Under the pieces are notes generated by a model. That model did no database searches, was not told the origin of the DNA, and saw nothing but the letters and a program-made list of their open reading frames with translations. From positions 252,652,001-252,716,000 of the forward strand of contig NC_086097.1 of assembly GCF_963921235.1 (NCBI RefSeq): a stretch of DNA of 64,000 nt, read 5' to 3'. Made by a program: the position numbers and the translations under genes. The stretch is from Mobula hypostoma (taxonomy: Eukaryota). Numbering within the stretch: position 1 is the stretch's first letter; every line of letters starts with the position of its first letter. Shown here piece after piece: positions 35,333 to 48,525 of the stretch.

Positions 35333-37905
35333 CACCTTATCTAAGAAAGGATGTGCTGTCATTGGAGAGGATACAGATGAGGCTTATGAGAATGATTCTG
35401 GGAATGAAAGGGTTAACATGTGAGGAGTATTTGATGGTTTTGGATCTGTACTCAGTAGAGTTTAGAAGAATGGTGGGGGGTGCGGTGGAACTCATTGAAA
35501 CCAATCGAATATTGGAAAGTCTAGAGAGGGTGGACATGGAGAGGATGTTTCCTGAAGTAGGGGAGTCTAGGACCAGAGGGCACAGCCTCAGAATAGAAGG
35601 AAATCACTTTAGATGGCTGTGGAGGCCAAGCCATTGGGTATATTTAAAGCGGCGATTGATGGGTTCTTGGCTAATCAGGGTGGCAAATGTTATGGGAAGA
35701 AGGCTGGAGAGTAAGGTTGAGAGAGAAATGGATCTGCCAATGGGAAATTGCACAGCAGACTTAATGGGCTGAAAGCTTAATTTTTCTCCTATGTCTTATG
35801 GTCTTAATGGCTTTGGTTCCAGATCTACTTTCAAGTATGCGAACCATATTTCAGATGTTTAGAGTAATCAGAATTTTGCCCATTTCTCTGCTTCTTTCAT
35901 TAGACCATAAACCAAAAGAGGTGAGAGCAGAATTAGGCCATTTGAGTCTGCTCTGCCATTTCATTATGACTAATCCAATTTCCTTTTAAATCCTATTCTC
36001 CTGCTTTCTCCCCATAGCCTTTGACACTCTGACTAATCAACTGTCAGCCTCCACATTAATTATGCCCATTGACTTGGCCTCTACAACTATCTGTGGTAAT
36101 TCCACAGATCCACCATCCTCTGCCTAAAGCAATCCCCCCTCATCTTCATTCTAAATGAACATCCCTCTATTCTGAGACTGTGCCCTCTGCTCCTAGACAC
36201 CCCCACTAGAGGAAGCATCCTCTCCACATCTACTCTATCTAGGCCTTTCAATATTTGATAGGTTTCAATGAAATTCCCCTCTTTATAACACCTGTATTTA
36301 TAACCCTGTATTCTACCTTTCCAATTTAGTCCCTCTGTTACACTACAATTCATCCCACTGACTGTAATTTTGCCCTGTCATCTGCCTGTCCTTCCTGACT
36401 CTCTCATTGCATACTGCGTCTGCTTGTACACCAACTGCCTCATTCTCAGCCCCATCACTCCAGTTCCCAGCCTCTTGCCAAATTAGTTTAAACCCTCCCC
36501 AACAGCTTTAGCAAACCTGTCTGCAGGCATATTAGGTTCCCTGGGGTTCAGGTTTCAGGTGTAACCTATCCCTTTTGTACAGGCCAGACCTTCCCCATAA
36601 GAGATCCCAGTGATCCAGAAATCTAAAGCCCTGCCCCTGCACTGGTTCCTCAGCCAGTCATTTACCTGCCAAATCATCCTATTCTTACCCTCACTGGCAT
36701 GTGGCACAGGCAGCCATCCAGAGATTACTACCCTTTTCAGCTTCTCACCTCACTCTCTATATCCTCTCTTCAGGGTCTTCTCCCTTTTCTACCTATATCT
36801 TTGGTGCCAATATGTGCCAAGGCCTCTGGCTGTTCACCCACCCTTTAGAATGCCATGGACACTATCCGTGTCATCCCTGACCCTGGCACCTGGGAGGTAA
36901 GATCCCATCCGAGTGCCCCTATCGTGCTCACAGAATCTCGCCCGTGTTCCTGACTATGGAACCAGTGGTGACTGTCACCACTGCAGTCCTCATCACCTCT
37001 CTTCTCTTCTGAGCCGCAGCACCAGACTCACTGCCATTTTAATATTTCTAAGAGTTGTTTACAAGAACATAATCATTCTAAAAATAATTTTCAGATATAT
37101 GAGCAAACATAGTGTCAGAGAGCACTCCGACACAGAAATGGGCCCTTCGCCCCATCTAGTCCACACCCAACTATTAATTTGCCAAGTCTCACTGACCCAC
37201 ACTGGACCATAGCTCTCCATACAGCTCCCATCCATGTAGCTATCCAAACTCCTCTTAAATGTTGAAATCGAACCCACATCCACCACTTCCACTGGCAGAT
37301 CATTCCACACTTCATCACCCTCCGACTGAAGAAATTCCCCTCATGATCCCCGTAAACCTTTCAGCTTTCACCCTCAACCCATTATCTCTAGTTGTGGTCC
37401 CACCTAACCTCAGTGGAAAAAGCCTGCTTGCATTTATCCTATCTGTACCCTTCATGCCTCTATCACATCTCTCCTCAATCTCCTACTCTTCAGGGAGTAA
37501 AGTCCCAAACTATTCAATCTTTCCTTATAACTCAGGTCCTCCAGTCCCAGCAACATTCTTGTAAATTTTCTCTGCACTCTTTCAATGTTATTGGTATCTT
37601 TCCTGTAGGTGGGTGACCAGAACTGCACACAATACTCCAAATTAGGCCTCACCGATGTCTAATACAATCTCAACATAACATCCCATCTCCTGCACTCAAT
37701 GCATTGATTTATGACCAATGTGCCAGAAGCTTTCTTTACGGCGCTATCTACCTGTGACACCACTTTCAAGGAATTATGGACCTGTATTCCCAGATCCCTT
37801 TGTTCTACCGCACTCCTTAGTGCCCTGCTATGTAAGGGCTACCCTGGTTTGTCCTCCCAAAGCGCAACACCTCGCACTTGTGTGCATCAAATTCCATCTG
37901 CCAAA
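35333..37905. mobile_element. Cluster of CR1 fragments on both strands
   Basis: Plus-strand 3' end 35333-35807; minus-strand 3' ends ~35903-36285 and ~37110-37905; minus-strand ORF1 esterase piece ~36480-36960. Confidence 0.75.
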
Positions 37906-39470
37906 ATGCAAAGCACTTTGGGACATTTTTCAGTAAGAACATGGATATAAAATAAAATTCCAAACTAGTAATAATAGGATGATAAAATCTAGAAAAAGCA
38001 TTTTTCATCTTTCTCCGTTTCTGAACTTGTTCAGATCTTGTGATGAGCTTCCTATTAACTTGCTTTCCCATATTGATTTTACGTCACATTGGTATTGTGT
38101 AATCAAGTCTCCACATTCCTATTATCTTGTACTTGATCTTTATGATCTACCTTTCACTTAATCCTCCCTTCTCATAGTCACAAAATCTGTTCTGGATTCT
38201 ATTATTTTTGGCCATAGTCAAAATTTTGAATAATGAATCTGACAATAAATTGAAGACAGAGAGCCAAGTTGTTTCCATGACAGAGATATTAATCAGTTTA
38301 TTGCACAATTAAATGTAACATGGGTTTTGTTGTTATACCCTCTGTGACACACTGACAGTCAGAGTGTCATTGTCTCTATTCAGTTTGTTGCCTTCTGCAC
38401 TCTGGTTGAAATCTCTAGTTGATTCTGTTATGATTGTTATTATATAGGATTATTGAGTATGCCTGCAAGAGAATGAACCTCAGGTTTGTATATGGTGACA
38501 TATATATACTTTGATAATAAAGAGTTTACTTTGAACTTTTGAACTTGTTGATGTTCTTTGGAACTTCTTTGGAATGTGGGAGGAAACCAGAGGACCTGGA
38601 GGAAATCTACGTGGTCACGGGGAAGAAAGTACAATCTCCTTACAGGCAGTGGTGGAACTGAACCTTAATTAAGGGGATTTAAGAGACTCTTAGACAGGCA
38701 CATGAATGATAGAAAAATGGAGGGTTGTAAGGGTTAGATTGATCTTGGTGTAGGTTAAAGTTAGCACAATATGATTGGCTGAAGGGCCTGTACTGTGCTA
38801 TGTTTATATCTTAATTACTAACTTCAACGTTACCATGCCACCCCTAGTATTTGAATCTTGTCATTTCATACCATGTTCATTTAGAAACAATTCTGATAGG
38901 ACATGCTCTTATCGTTTATAATATTAATGCTAGATGCCTCTGACATTGGTTACATTAACACTTTGACCATTCAAAATCAACAATTCTCCCGCTAAACAAA
39001 CGGGTCTGTTATGTCAACTTATTTTCATTCTGCTTGGAGTATTGTGAGCAATTTTGAGCCTCTTATTTGAGAAAGGATGTGCTGGCATTGGAGAGGATCC
39101 AGAGGAGGTTCACAAGGATGATCTTGGGACTAAAAGTGTGAATGCATGAGGAGTATTTGATGGCTCTGGGCCTGTACTCGCTGGAGTTTCGAACACTGAG
39201 GGGGGATCTCACTGAAACCTATTGAATATTGAAAGGCCTAGATAGAGTGGATATGGAGAGGATGTAGGGGAATCTAGGATCTAGAAGGTACAACCTCAGA
39301 ATACAGTGATGTCCATTTAGTACAGCAAGGAGGGATTTCTTTAGCCAGAGGGTAGTGAATCTGTGGAATTCATCATCAGTTGGTTGTAGAAACCAAGTTG
39401 TTTGGTATATTTAAAGTGGTTAATAGTTTCTTTATTAGTATGAGCATCAAAGGCAGACTCAATTACCTAA

Positions 39471-40384
39471 GCAACACACATCAAAGTTGCTGGTGAACGC
39501 AGCAGGCCAGGCAGCATCTCTAGGAAGAGATACAGTCGATATTTCAGGACGAGACCCTTTGTCAGGACTAACTGAAGGAAGAGTTAGTAAGAGATTTGAA
39601 AGTGGGAGGGGGAGGGGGAGGGGGAGATCCAAAATGATAGGAGAAGACAGGAGGGGGAAGGATGGAGCCAAGAGCTGGACAGGAGATTGGCAAAAGGGAT
39701 ATGAGAGGATCATGGGACAGGAGGCCTAGGGAGAAAGAAAAGGGTGGGGGGGGGAAACCCAGAGGATGGGCAAGGGGTATAGTGAGAGGGACAGAGGGAG
39801 AAAAAGGAGAGAGAGAGAAAGAATGTATGTATATAAATAAATAACGGATGGGGTACGATGGGGAGGAGGGGCATTAGCGGAAGTTAGAGAAGTCAATGTT
39901 CATGTCGACAGGTTGGAGGCTACCCAGACGGAATATAAGGTGTTGTTTCTCCAACCTGAGTGTGGCTTCATCTTTACAGTAGAGGAGGCCGTGGATAGAC
40001 ATATCAGAATGGGAATGGGATGTGGAATTAAAATGTGTGGCTTTACCCCTTGCCCATCCTCTGGGTTTCCCCTCCTCCCCCTTTTCTTTCTCCCTGGGCC
40101 TCCTGTCCCATGATCCTCTCATATCCCTTTTGCCAATCACCTGTCCAGCTCTTGGCTCCATCCCTCCCCCTCCTGTCTTCTCCTATCATTTCGGATCTCC
40201 CCCTCCCCCCCCCCAGTTTCAAATCTCTTACTAGCTCTTCCTTCAGTTAGTCCTGACGAAGGGTCTCGGCCCAAAACGTTGACTGTACCTCTTCCTAGAG
40301 ATGCTGCCTGGCCTGCTGCGTTCACCAGCAACTTTGATGTGTGTTGCTTGAATTTCCAGCATCTACAGAATTCCTCGTGTTTGC
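39471..40384. mobile_element. 914-bp inverted Penelope pseudo-LTR pair with 14-bp TSD, inside a CR1 3' end (~39030-40427)
   Basis: actcaattacctaa at 39457-39470 and 40385-40398; minus arm 39471-~40040 includes the GIY-YIG end; plus arm ~40041-40384; mutated hammerheads at 39534-39569 and 40249-40284. Confidence 0.9.
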
Positions 40385-40855
40385 ACTCAATTACCTAATT
40401 CTGCTCCTATGTCTTTTGGTCTTATGGTTGTATATCTGCTTGAGAACCACAAGGACAGAACTGGTAGTATGATCTTTTCATTTTGCTTAAGCTGTTCTCG
40501 TTTTTGTGAAATCCTGCATTAATAATACCATAGTCAATTTCCTAAACAAAGCTTCTCTCGATAGCTCCCAAGTTCTTCCAGTGGACCTTCCAAACTTCAA
40601 AAGATTGGGTGAGCGAGAGCTTTCTCTTTGATAGGGTTCAGGAAGAAGGTACAGGACCCTCAGGAACCATCTGGGAGAAGGAAAACTCTGACCTCAAACC
40701 TCCGCTGCTCAGTGGCTATACCCACTCATGCAGGAGGCTTCGGGAGCAAACCCTGAGGGGAAAATTGGAGCTGGGGTCCCTAAGGCAGTGCGACGTTGAG
40801 TTCAACGCTGACCGGCAACTCCCGCAACACAGCTGGTGCCAAACTGTGTTGGTCT

Positions 40856-41018
40856 CTGCTGCGTGGGGAGGGGTTCCTGCTGCACGGGGAGGGGATCCTG
40901 CTGCGTGGGGAGGGGGTTCCTGCTGCACGGGGAGGGGGTTCCTGCTGCGTGGGGAGGGGGTTCCTGCTGCATGGGGAGGGGGGTCCTGCTGCGTGGGGAG
41001 GGGGTCCTACTGCACGGG
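40856..41018. repeat. G-rich 21-22-bp minisatellite, ~7.5 copies
   Basis: ctgctgcgtggggagggggttc alternating with ctgctgcacggggagggg... Confidence 0.93.
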
Positions 41019-41569
41019 CAACAGCTTGCTCTCCATATCGTATGGCCCTGGCTTGTGTACATGAGGACAGCCAGGACACAATATCCATGGTTGACCACAA
41101 CCAATGGAGGGCCTCCTTATCCCTCATAATTTTGTACATAGTGAAGGAATTTCTGTTGCATTGATAACAGGGCTCAGTACAACCGTACCCTGAGGACTGT
41201 GCCCAATCTTCTTACTTCAGGACTGATTTCCTTGCCTTAGCGGGGTGCCTGAAAGATTAACTGGACTGATCCTCAGATTAGAGGCTTTTCCATGAGCACA
41301 ATGGCTTACATTCTCGAGACTTCAGAAGGGTGAAAAGTGATCTCATTAAACCATATATCACTCTTAGAAGATTTGACAGATTAGATGCTAAAAAGCCAGT
41401 TCACCTGGCTGAAAAGATATGAACAAGGGCTCATAGTGTGAGAGATTATCCATTTTGGACAAAGGCAAGGAGAAAATAAGAAGGATGTGAGGCTCTAGAA
41501 ACCTCTACCACTGATATAAAGCCCACCAGCATCTTTAATTTTGTAGTCGGGTAAGGAGGCTCAGCTTGT

Positions 41570-41970
41570 CACCAACACTCTAACAAACTTCTCCAGATGT
41601 CGCAGGGATCCTAGCTGGTTGCATCATGGTCTGGTTTGGTCAAGGCAATGCCTCACAAAGGTGCCATGTATCTTTAAGGACCCTCACCACCCTCTTCTCA
41701 TTGCTACCATCAATAAGGAGGTACAGAAGCCTGAAGGCACACACTCAGTGTTTCAGGAACAACTTCTTCCCCTCTGCCATCTGACTTCTGAATGGACAAT
41801 AAACCCATGAACACTACGTCACTATTTTTTGCTTTCTTTTTGTACTACTTAATTAATTTAATTTTCAATATCTTCTTCTTACTGTAATTTATAAGATTTA
41901 TTATTATTATTATTAGTATTGCAATGTACTGCTGCCGTAAAACAACAAATTTCATGACATATGCCAGTGA
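41570..41970 (+). mobile_element. Rex1/Babar 3' fragment
   Basis: Homologous to 25440-25950. Confidence 0.75.
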
Positions 41971-42629
41971 CAGAAGATGAAGTTGGCAGAGTTGGTCTTT
42001 GAAATGTCAGCTGAAATTGATACCCGTCCCCAGCTGGAAGGGTTTATCCATCATATGTGCTGGGAAAGCACCAGATCCTTTTCATAAGCCAGTGATGTTA
42101 AACCTGATTCCAGTTCTGATTCAATTTGACTTGACTGGAACCTAAGAAACTGGAGAGAGTAGTGATCACTCCCCAATGTATCATGGGCTCATCCCACCTC
42201 ACCATCAGAGATCCTCACCATCCGGGCCATGTTGCCTTCTTGCAGCTACCACTGGGCAGGAAGTACAGAAGGCTGAAGTCCCACAACACCAGGTTCAAAA
42301 TTAGGTCACTTGTCATTAGGTCACAAGTCTGCTCTACCAGTCCATCATGGCTGATCCATTTTCCCTCTCAGTCCCAGTCTTCTGCTTTCTCCCTGTATCC
42401 CCTCATGATCTGACCAATTGAGAATCTATCAATCTCTGCCTTAAATATACACAATGACTTGGCCTCCACAGCCGCCGGTGGCAACAAATTCCACAGATTC
42501 ACAACTCTCACTCTCAGGTATGGCAACCTTCAGAAGCCACTTTGATCAGTTTACACTAATATAAGATCAAAACCAAAACTGAATTATTTTTGGTTCTGTT
42601 CATGTTCTTTTGTTGTAAATATTGTGCAC

Positions 42630-43365
42630 AAGAAATTCAGGAGGCACAGGATATCTACATCCCAAAGAGGAAGAAGTATTCTAAAGGCAAGATGACACAA
42701 CCACGGCTAACAAGAGAACTCAAAGCCAACAAAATAGCCAAAGAGAGGGCGTATAATAGAGCAAAAATTAGTGGGAAGTTAGAAGATTGGGAAGATTTTA
42801 AAAACCAACTTAAAAAAGTCATTAAGAAGGTAATGATGGAATGCGAAAGTAAGCTTGCCAATACTATTAAAGAGGATACCAAAAGTTTTTTCAGAAACAA
42901 AGTATACAAAAGGGTGAGAGTGGATATCAGACTACTGGAAAGCGATACTAGAGAGGTAGTATGGGGGACAGTGAAATTGCAGATGAACTGAATAAATATT
43001 TTGCATCAGTCTTCACTGTGGAAGACACTAGCAGTACGGTGGAAGTTCCAAGTGTCAGGGGGCATGAAGTGTGTGAAGTTACCATTACTAGAGAGAAGGT
43101 TCTTGGGAACCTGAAATAGGTCTGAAGGTAGATAAGACACCTGGACCAGAGTAGGTACACCCCAGGGTTCTGAAAGAGGTGGCTGAGGAGATTGTGGAGG
43201 CATGGGTTTTCATGAATCACTAGATTCTGGAATAGTTTCAGAAAACTGGGAAGTTGTAAATGTCACTCCACTCTTCAAGAAGGGAGGGAGGCAGAAGAAA
43301 GGAAATTATAGTCCAGTTAGTCTGCCTCAGTGGTTGGGAAGATATTGAAGTTGATTGTTAAGGTT
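42630..43365 (+). mobile_element. CR1 ORF2 internal fragment
   Basis: AKERAYNRAKISGKLEDWEDFKNQ...LNKYFASVFTVED. Confidence 0.8.
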
Positions 43366-43818
43366 GGTAGCAATGAGAAGAGAACATGTCTGATTGATGG
43401 GAGTCCTTATTGATTGATGCTGCCTTTTTGAGGCATTGCCTTTTAAAGATGTGCTTGGTGTTGGGGAGGCTAGTGTCCATGATGGAGCTGGCTGAATTTA
43501 CCACTTGCTTTTTCCAATCCTGAGTAGGGGCCCTTCCATACCAACAAAACAGACAGCGGTGTCACAACCTTGATATCAGATGGTAACATCTTTGTTTCAA
43601 TGACTATGTTGTGTCCTGCCCCCAGCCTTTGCTGCCGCAAATTATCACTCTATTATACTGCACTGTTGGGAGTCTGCTGATACTAGTTTTCTTCATGAAG
43701 ACAGTGACGTGCAGAATAGCCTGTTCTGGGCTCCTTTCCAGCACACTGCTGTCACAATAGCTTTTCTTTGTGTTAGCACAGAACCACAGGTGGTAACATA
43801 AAACTGAAGTTTACTTGC

Positions 43819-43877
43819 CTTATCTCGAGAAGTTTCTTCACTGGAATTCACTTCTCTCCGAGACCTGGCATGGAATG
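43819..43877 (-). CDS. Candidate 59-nt coding exon ((A)FHARSRREVNSSEETSRDK) with GC donor
   Basis: Acceptor cctcttatatttcctttaaaatttacacag|; donor AAG|gcaagt (GC-AG consensus); only the phase 1 to 0 frame is open. Confidence 0.5.
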
Positions 43878-43984
43878 CTGTGTAAATTTTAAAGGAAATA
43901 TAAGAGGCAGGCAAGTCTCACTGTGTGTGCCTTCATCTCCTGTACCCTGTGTTTCATTGACCAGTCGAAAGTAAATAATCTCAA

Positions 43985-44046
43985 TTATAGCACTGTCACA
44001 ACCGTGGACACTGCCGCAGAGTCCGGGCGCTCTGGCTGGCGGGCAG
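43985..44046 (-). CDS. Candidate alternative terminal exon ((A)ARQPERPDSAAVSTVVTVL*)
   Basis: Acceptor gctgacttctttcag|CT; CpG-rich unique sequence; phase 1 start fits the 13-nt exon. Confidence 0.35.
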
Positions 44047-44194
44047 CTGAAAGAAGTCAGCAATCACGCACATGAGAATGTGCACATTCCAGCCAGTTAG
44101 GGATTCTTTGTCATTGTATTTAAAACTTCTTCCTTTCGTTTCCTTCCTGTCAGGTCTTGATCAAAGCACAGTGATGACAACGTTCCCTGCTCAC

Positions 44195-44207
44195 CTGAGT
44201 CCACGTT
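44195..44207 (-). CDS. Candidate 13-nt microexon (AACGTGGACTCAG)
   Basis: cactaatcttccttcccag|AACGTGGACTCAG|gtgagc: branch-like CTAAT, pyrimidine tract and consensus donor. Confidence 0.45.
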
Positions 44208-44404
44208 CTGGGAAGGAAGATTAGTGATTTAGCTAGGTGCTGTTAAAAGATCAGGATAAATTTTAGTTCTATGTTACTGATTTTGAGCTGCAGTGACAGG
44301 TTAGTTAGTTTTAGAGTTTAGTTATCGGCACTGTTGGCCTGGCATCTATTATTTTCCTTTGTTCTGTACAGTTCTGAAGAAAACTCAAAGAACAGTTTAT
44401 TCCG

Positions 44405-45138
44405 TGTCCGTGCCTCTCCCTCTCTCTCACTGAACTCCTGTCGAGGGTGGTTAACTGTTCACTCTGTGCCTCTCCCTCTCCCTCACTGAACTCCTGTCGA
44501 GGATGGTTAACTGTTCACTCTGTATCTCTCCCTCTCCCTCACTGAACTCCTGTCGAGGGTGGTTAACTGTTCACTCTGTGCCTCTCCCTCTCCCTCTCCC
44601 TCACTGAACTCCTGTCGAGGGTGGTTAACTGTTCACTCTGTGTCTCTCCCTCTCCCTCACTGAACTCCTGTCGAGGATGGTTAACTGTTCACTCTGTATC
44701 TCTCCCTCTCCCTCACTGAACTCCTGTCGAGGGTGGTTAACTGTTTACTCTGTATCTCTCCCTCTCCCTCACTGAACTCCTGTCAAGGGTGGTTAACTGT
44801 TCACTCCGTGCCTCTCCCTCTCCCTCACTGAACTCCTGTCGAGGGTGGTTAACTGTTCACTCTGTATCTCTTCCTCTCCCTCACTGAACTCCTGTCGAGG
44901 GTGGTGAACTGTTCACTCTGTATCTCTCCCTCTCCCTCACTGAACTCCTGTCGAGGATGGTTAACTGTTCACTCTGTGCCTCTCCCTCACTGAACTCCTG
45001 TCGAGGATGGTTAACTGTTCACTCTGTGCCTCTCCCTCTCCCTCACTGAACTCCTGTCGAGGGTGGTTAACTGTTCACTCTGTGCCTCTCCCTCTCCCTC
45101 TCCCTCACTGAACTCCTGTCGAGGATGGTGAACTGTCC
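44405..45138. repeat. 56-bp minisatellite, 13 copies, with 50/62-bp variants from loss or gain of CTCTCC
   Basis: Unit starts at 44461, 44517, 44573, 44635, 44691, 44747, 44803, 44859, 44915, 44971, 45021 and 45077, plus a divergent first unit at ~44405. Confidence 0.97.
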
Positions 45139-46094
45139 ATTGTGTGTCTCTCCCTGACCCTCTCCGTTGCTGAACTCTGTTTTCGCACGTCGTTTGTGTA
45201 TGGGAAGCGATGCACGGTTACGATCATTCGTTTCTCCATTGTACTTTGCTACAGCCATTGATTTGGCAATTCAGGTCCTTGTGGCCCTCCGAGCCAGACT
45301 GCTCCAGCAGCCCCAGACAACCCTCATTGAACCCTAGTGCAGTCGCAGGACCAGTTATCCTATCCGGTACATCTGTGGGCGGAAACTGGAGCATTCAGAG
45401 AAAGCCATGCGTTTCACAGGGCGGACGTACGAGACTCATTACAGAATGGTGCCAGAATTGAGCTGTGAAGTCTGGAATGCCCTGAGCTACGATCGCACCA
45501 CGTCCAGGCTGGCCAGTGCACTATGGTGCTGCCTCTTATTTACCTCACAGGGTTTGCTGACAGATTTTACACTTTACCAACAGCCTAACAGAGAACTACA
45601 GGGAGCACGAGGGAAATGTAAGATCACACAGATGGTCCCAAGATGCATTAGCGGGATTGGTTGTTCCCAAATATCACAAATACCTTGACTTTCATTTCCA
45701 GCTGATGACTGAGGACAATACCATGAAATCATGGAACATAGAACATTTCAGCACAGTACAGGCCCTTTGGCCCATCATGTTGTGTCATCCCTTTAGACCA
45801 TAACATCATTAGCTACAGGAGCAGAATCAGGCCATTTGGCCCATCAAGTTTGCTACACTATTTCATCATGGCTGACTCATTTTCCCTCACAGCCGCAATC
45901 TCCTGCCTTCTCCCCATAGCCACATTCAGCCACACCTTTCAGAATCCTGGGATGTACACCATCTGGTCCAGGTGATTTATCTACCATCAGATCTTTCAGT
46001 TTCCCAGAAACCTTCTCCCTAGTAATGGTAACTTCACACTCTCATGCCCCCTGACAACTGGAACTTCCACCATGTCTTCCACAGTGAAGACTGA

Positions 46095-48525
46095 CTCACC
46101 TGAACCCGAGGGGGACGGATATTCTCACAGGCAGGTCTGTTAGAGCTGTTGGGGAGGGTTTAAACTAATTTGGCGAGGGGGTGGGAACTGGTTTGAAGGG
46201 ATTCAGGATAAGACGGATGGTGAAAAAGCAAAGGTAGCGTGCAGTCAGATGATCAGGAAGGGCAGGCAGAAGGCAAGACAAAATTGCAGCCAGCAGGGTA
46301 AGTATCAGTGCACTGGGGATGCAAAATCAAAAAATGATGGCAAATACAATACTCAAAGTGTTATATCTCAATGCATAGACTATAAGAAATAAGTTGGATG
46401 ATCTTGTTGCACTTTTACAGATTGTCAGGTATGACGTTGTGGCCATCACTGAATTGTGGCTGAAGGATGGTTGTAGTTGGGAGCTGAATGCCCAAGGTTA
46501 CAAGTTGTATTGGAGGGATAGGAAGGTAGGCAGAGGGGGTGGTGTGGCTCTGCTGGTAAAGAATGGCATCAAATCAGTAGAAATATGTGACATAGGACTG
46601 GAAGATGTTGAATCCTTGTGGGTTGAGTTAAGGAACTGCAAGGGTAAAAGGACCCTGATGACAGTTATATTACAGGCCTCCCAACAGTGGCTGGGATGTG
46701 GTCTGCAGATTATAATGGGAAATAGAGAAGGTGTGTCAAACGGGCGATGTTACGGTAGTCATGAGATATTTTAACATGCAGGTGGATTGGGAAAATCAGG
46801 TCAGTGTTGGATCCCAAGAGAGTGAATTTGTTGAATGTCTATGAGATTTTTTTTTTACAGCAGTTTGTCATTGAGCCTACTAGGATATCAGATATACTGG
46901 ATTGCGTGTTATGTAATGAACTGGAGGCAATTAGAGAGCTTATGGTAAAGGAACCCTTAGAAGGCAGTGATCACAAAATGATTGAGTTCAATTGAAATTT
47001 CATAGGGAGAAAGTGAAGACTGACATAGCAGTAATTCAGTGCAGTAAAGGAAATTACAGTGGTATGAGAGAGGAGTTGGCCAAAGTAAATTAGAAGGAGA
47101 TGCTGGCAGGGATGACAGCAGAGCAGAAAGTTTCTGGGAAAAATGAGGAAGGTGCAGGAGAGATGTATTTCGAAAACAAAGAAATATTCAAATGGCAAAA
47201 TAGTACAACTGTGGCTGACAAAGGAAGTCAAAGCTAATGTAAAAGCAAAAGAGAAGGCATACCACAAAGCAAAAATTAACAAGAAGGCAGAGGACTGAAA
47301 AGCTTTTAAAAACTCACTGAAAGCAACTAAAGAATCATTAGGAGGGAAAAGATGAAATGTGAAAGCAAGCTAGCAAACACTAGCAAGGTGGATATTGTTG
47401 ATACTTTTATATCAAGTATATAAAAAATAAAGGAGAAATGAAGTGGATATAGGACCACTATAAAATGAGACTGGAGAAAAAATAACAGGGGCCAAGATGA
47501 TGGCAGATGAACTAAATGAATATTTTGCATCAGTCTTCACTGTGGAAGACACTAGCAGTGTGCCAGATGTTGTAGTGTGTGAAGGAAGATAAGTGAGTGC
47601 AGTTACTATTACAAGAGAGAAGGTGCACAAAAAGCTGTAAGACCTAAAGGTACATACATCACCCAAACCAGATGAACTGCACCCCCTAGGGTTCTCAAAG
47701 AGATAGCAGTAGAGATTGTGGAGGCATTAGTAATGATCTTTCAAAAATCATTGAACTCTGGCATGGTGCCAGAGGACTGAAATATTGCAAATGTCACTCC
47801 ATTCTTTAAGAAAGGAGGAAGGCAGCAGAAGGGAAATTATAGACCAGTTAGCCTGACCTCAGTGGTTGGGAAGATATTGGAGTCAATTGTTAAGGATAAG
47901 GTGATGGAGTATTTGGTGACACTGGACAAGATAGGATAAAGTCAGCACGGTTTCCTTTAGGGAAAGCCCTGCCTGATGAACCTGTTGGAATTCTTTGAGG
48001 AAATTACATGTAGAATAGACAAAGGGGATGTTGTATATTTGGACTTTCAGGAGGCCTTTGACAAGGCCACACATGAGGCTGCTTACCAAGTTAAGAGCCC
48101 ATGGTATTACAGGAAGTTACCAAATGGTTGGAGCATTGGCTGATTGGTAGGAGGCAGCAAGTGGGAATAAAAGGATCCTTTTCTGGTTGGCTGCCAGTGA
48201 ATTATAGTGTTCTGTAGGGGTCGGTGTTAGGACTGCATCTTTTCATGCTGCATATCAATGATTTAGATGATGGATTAGATGGCTTTGTTGCCAAGTTTTC
48301 AGATGATACAAAGACTGGTGGAGGGGCAGGTAGGGTTGAGGAAACAGGAATGCTGCAGCAGGACTTAAACAGATTAGGAGAATGGTGGCAAATTAAATAC
48401 GATGTTGGAAAATGCATGATCATGCACTTTGGTAGTAGAAATAAATGTGCAGACTATTTTCTAAATGGGGAGAAAATCCAAAAATCTGAGATGCAAAGGG
48501 ACTGAGAGTCCTTGTACAGAACACC
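46095..48525 (+). mobile_element. Decayed CR1 (ORF1 end and ORF2 endonuclease-RT, many stops)
   Basis: YDVVAITELW..GGGVALLVK; FVAKFSDDTK. Confidence 0.85.

Noticed and set aside
40609..41164. Six overlapping ORFs
   Set aside because: Artefact of the GC-rich minisatellite.
44120..44224. Plus-strand acceptor (ttccttcctgtcag) and exon
   Set aside because: No good donor and no other supporting plus-strand exons; the minus-strand model fits better.
44405..45138. CRISPR-like array
   Set aside because: Units are contiguous with no unique spacers, there are no cas genes, and the context is vertebrate.
45520..45640. Splice-like signals on both strands
   Set aside because: Conflicting candidates; the longer minus exon has a stop in the frame required to join the 13-nt exon, and no peptide is recognisable.
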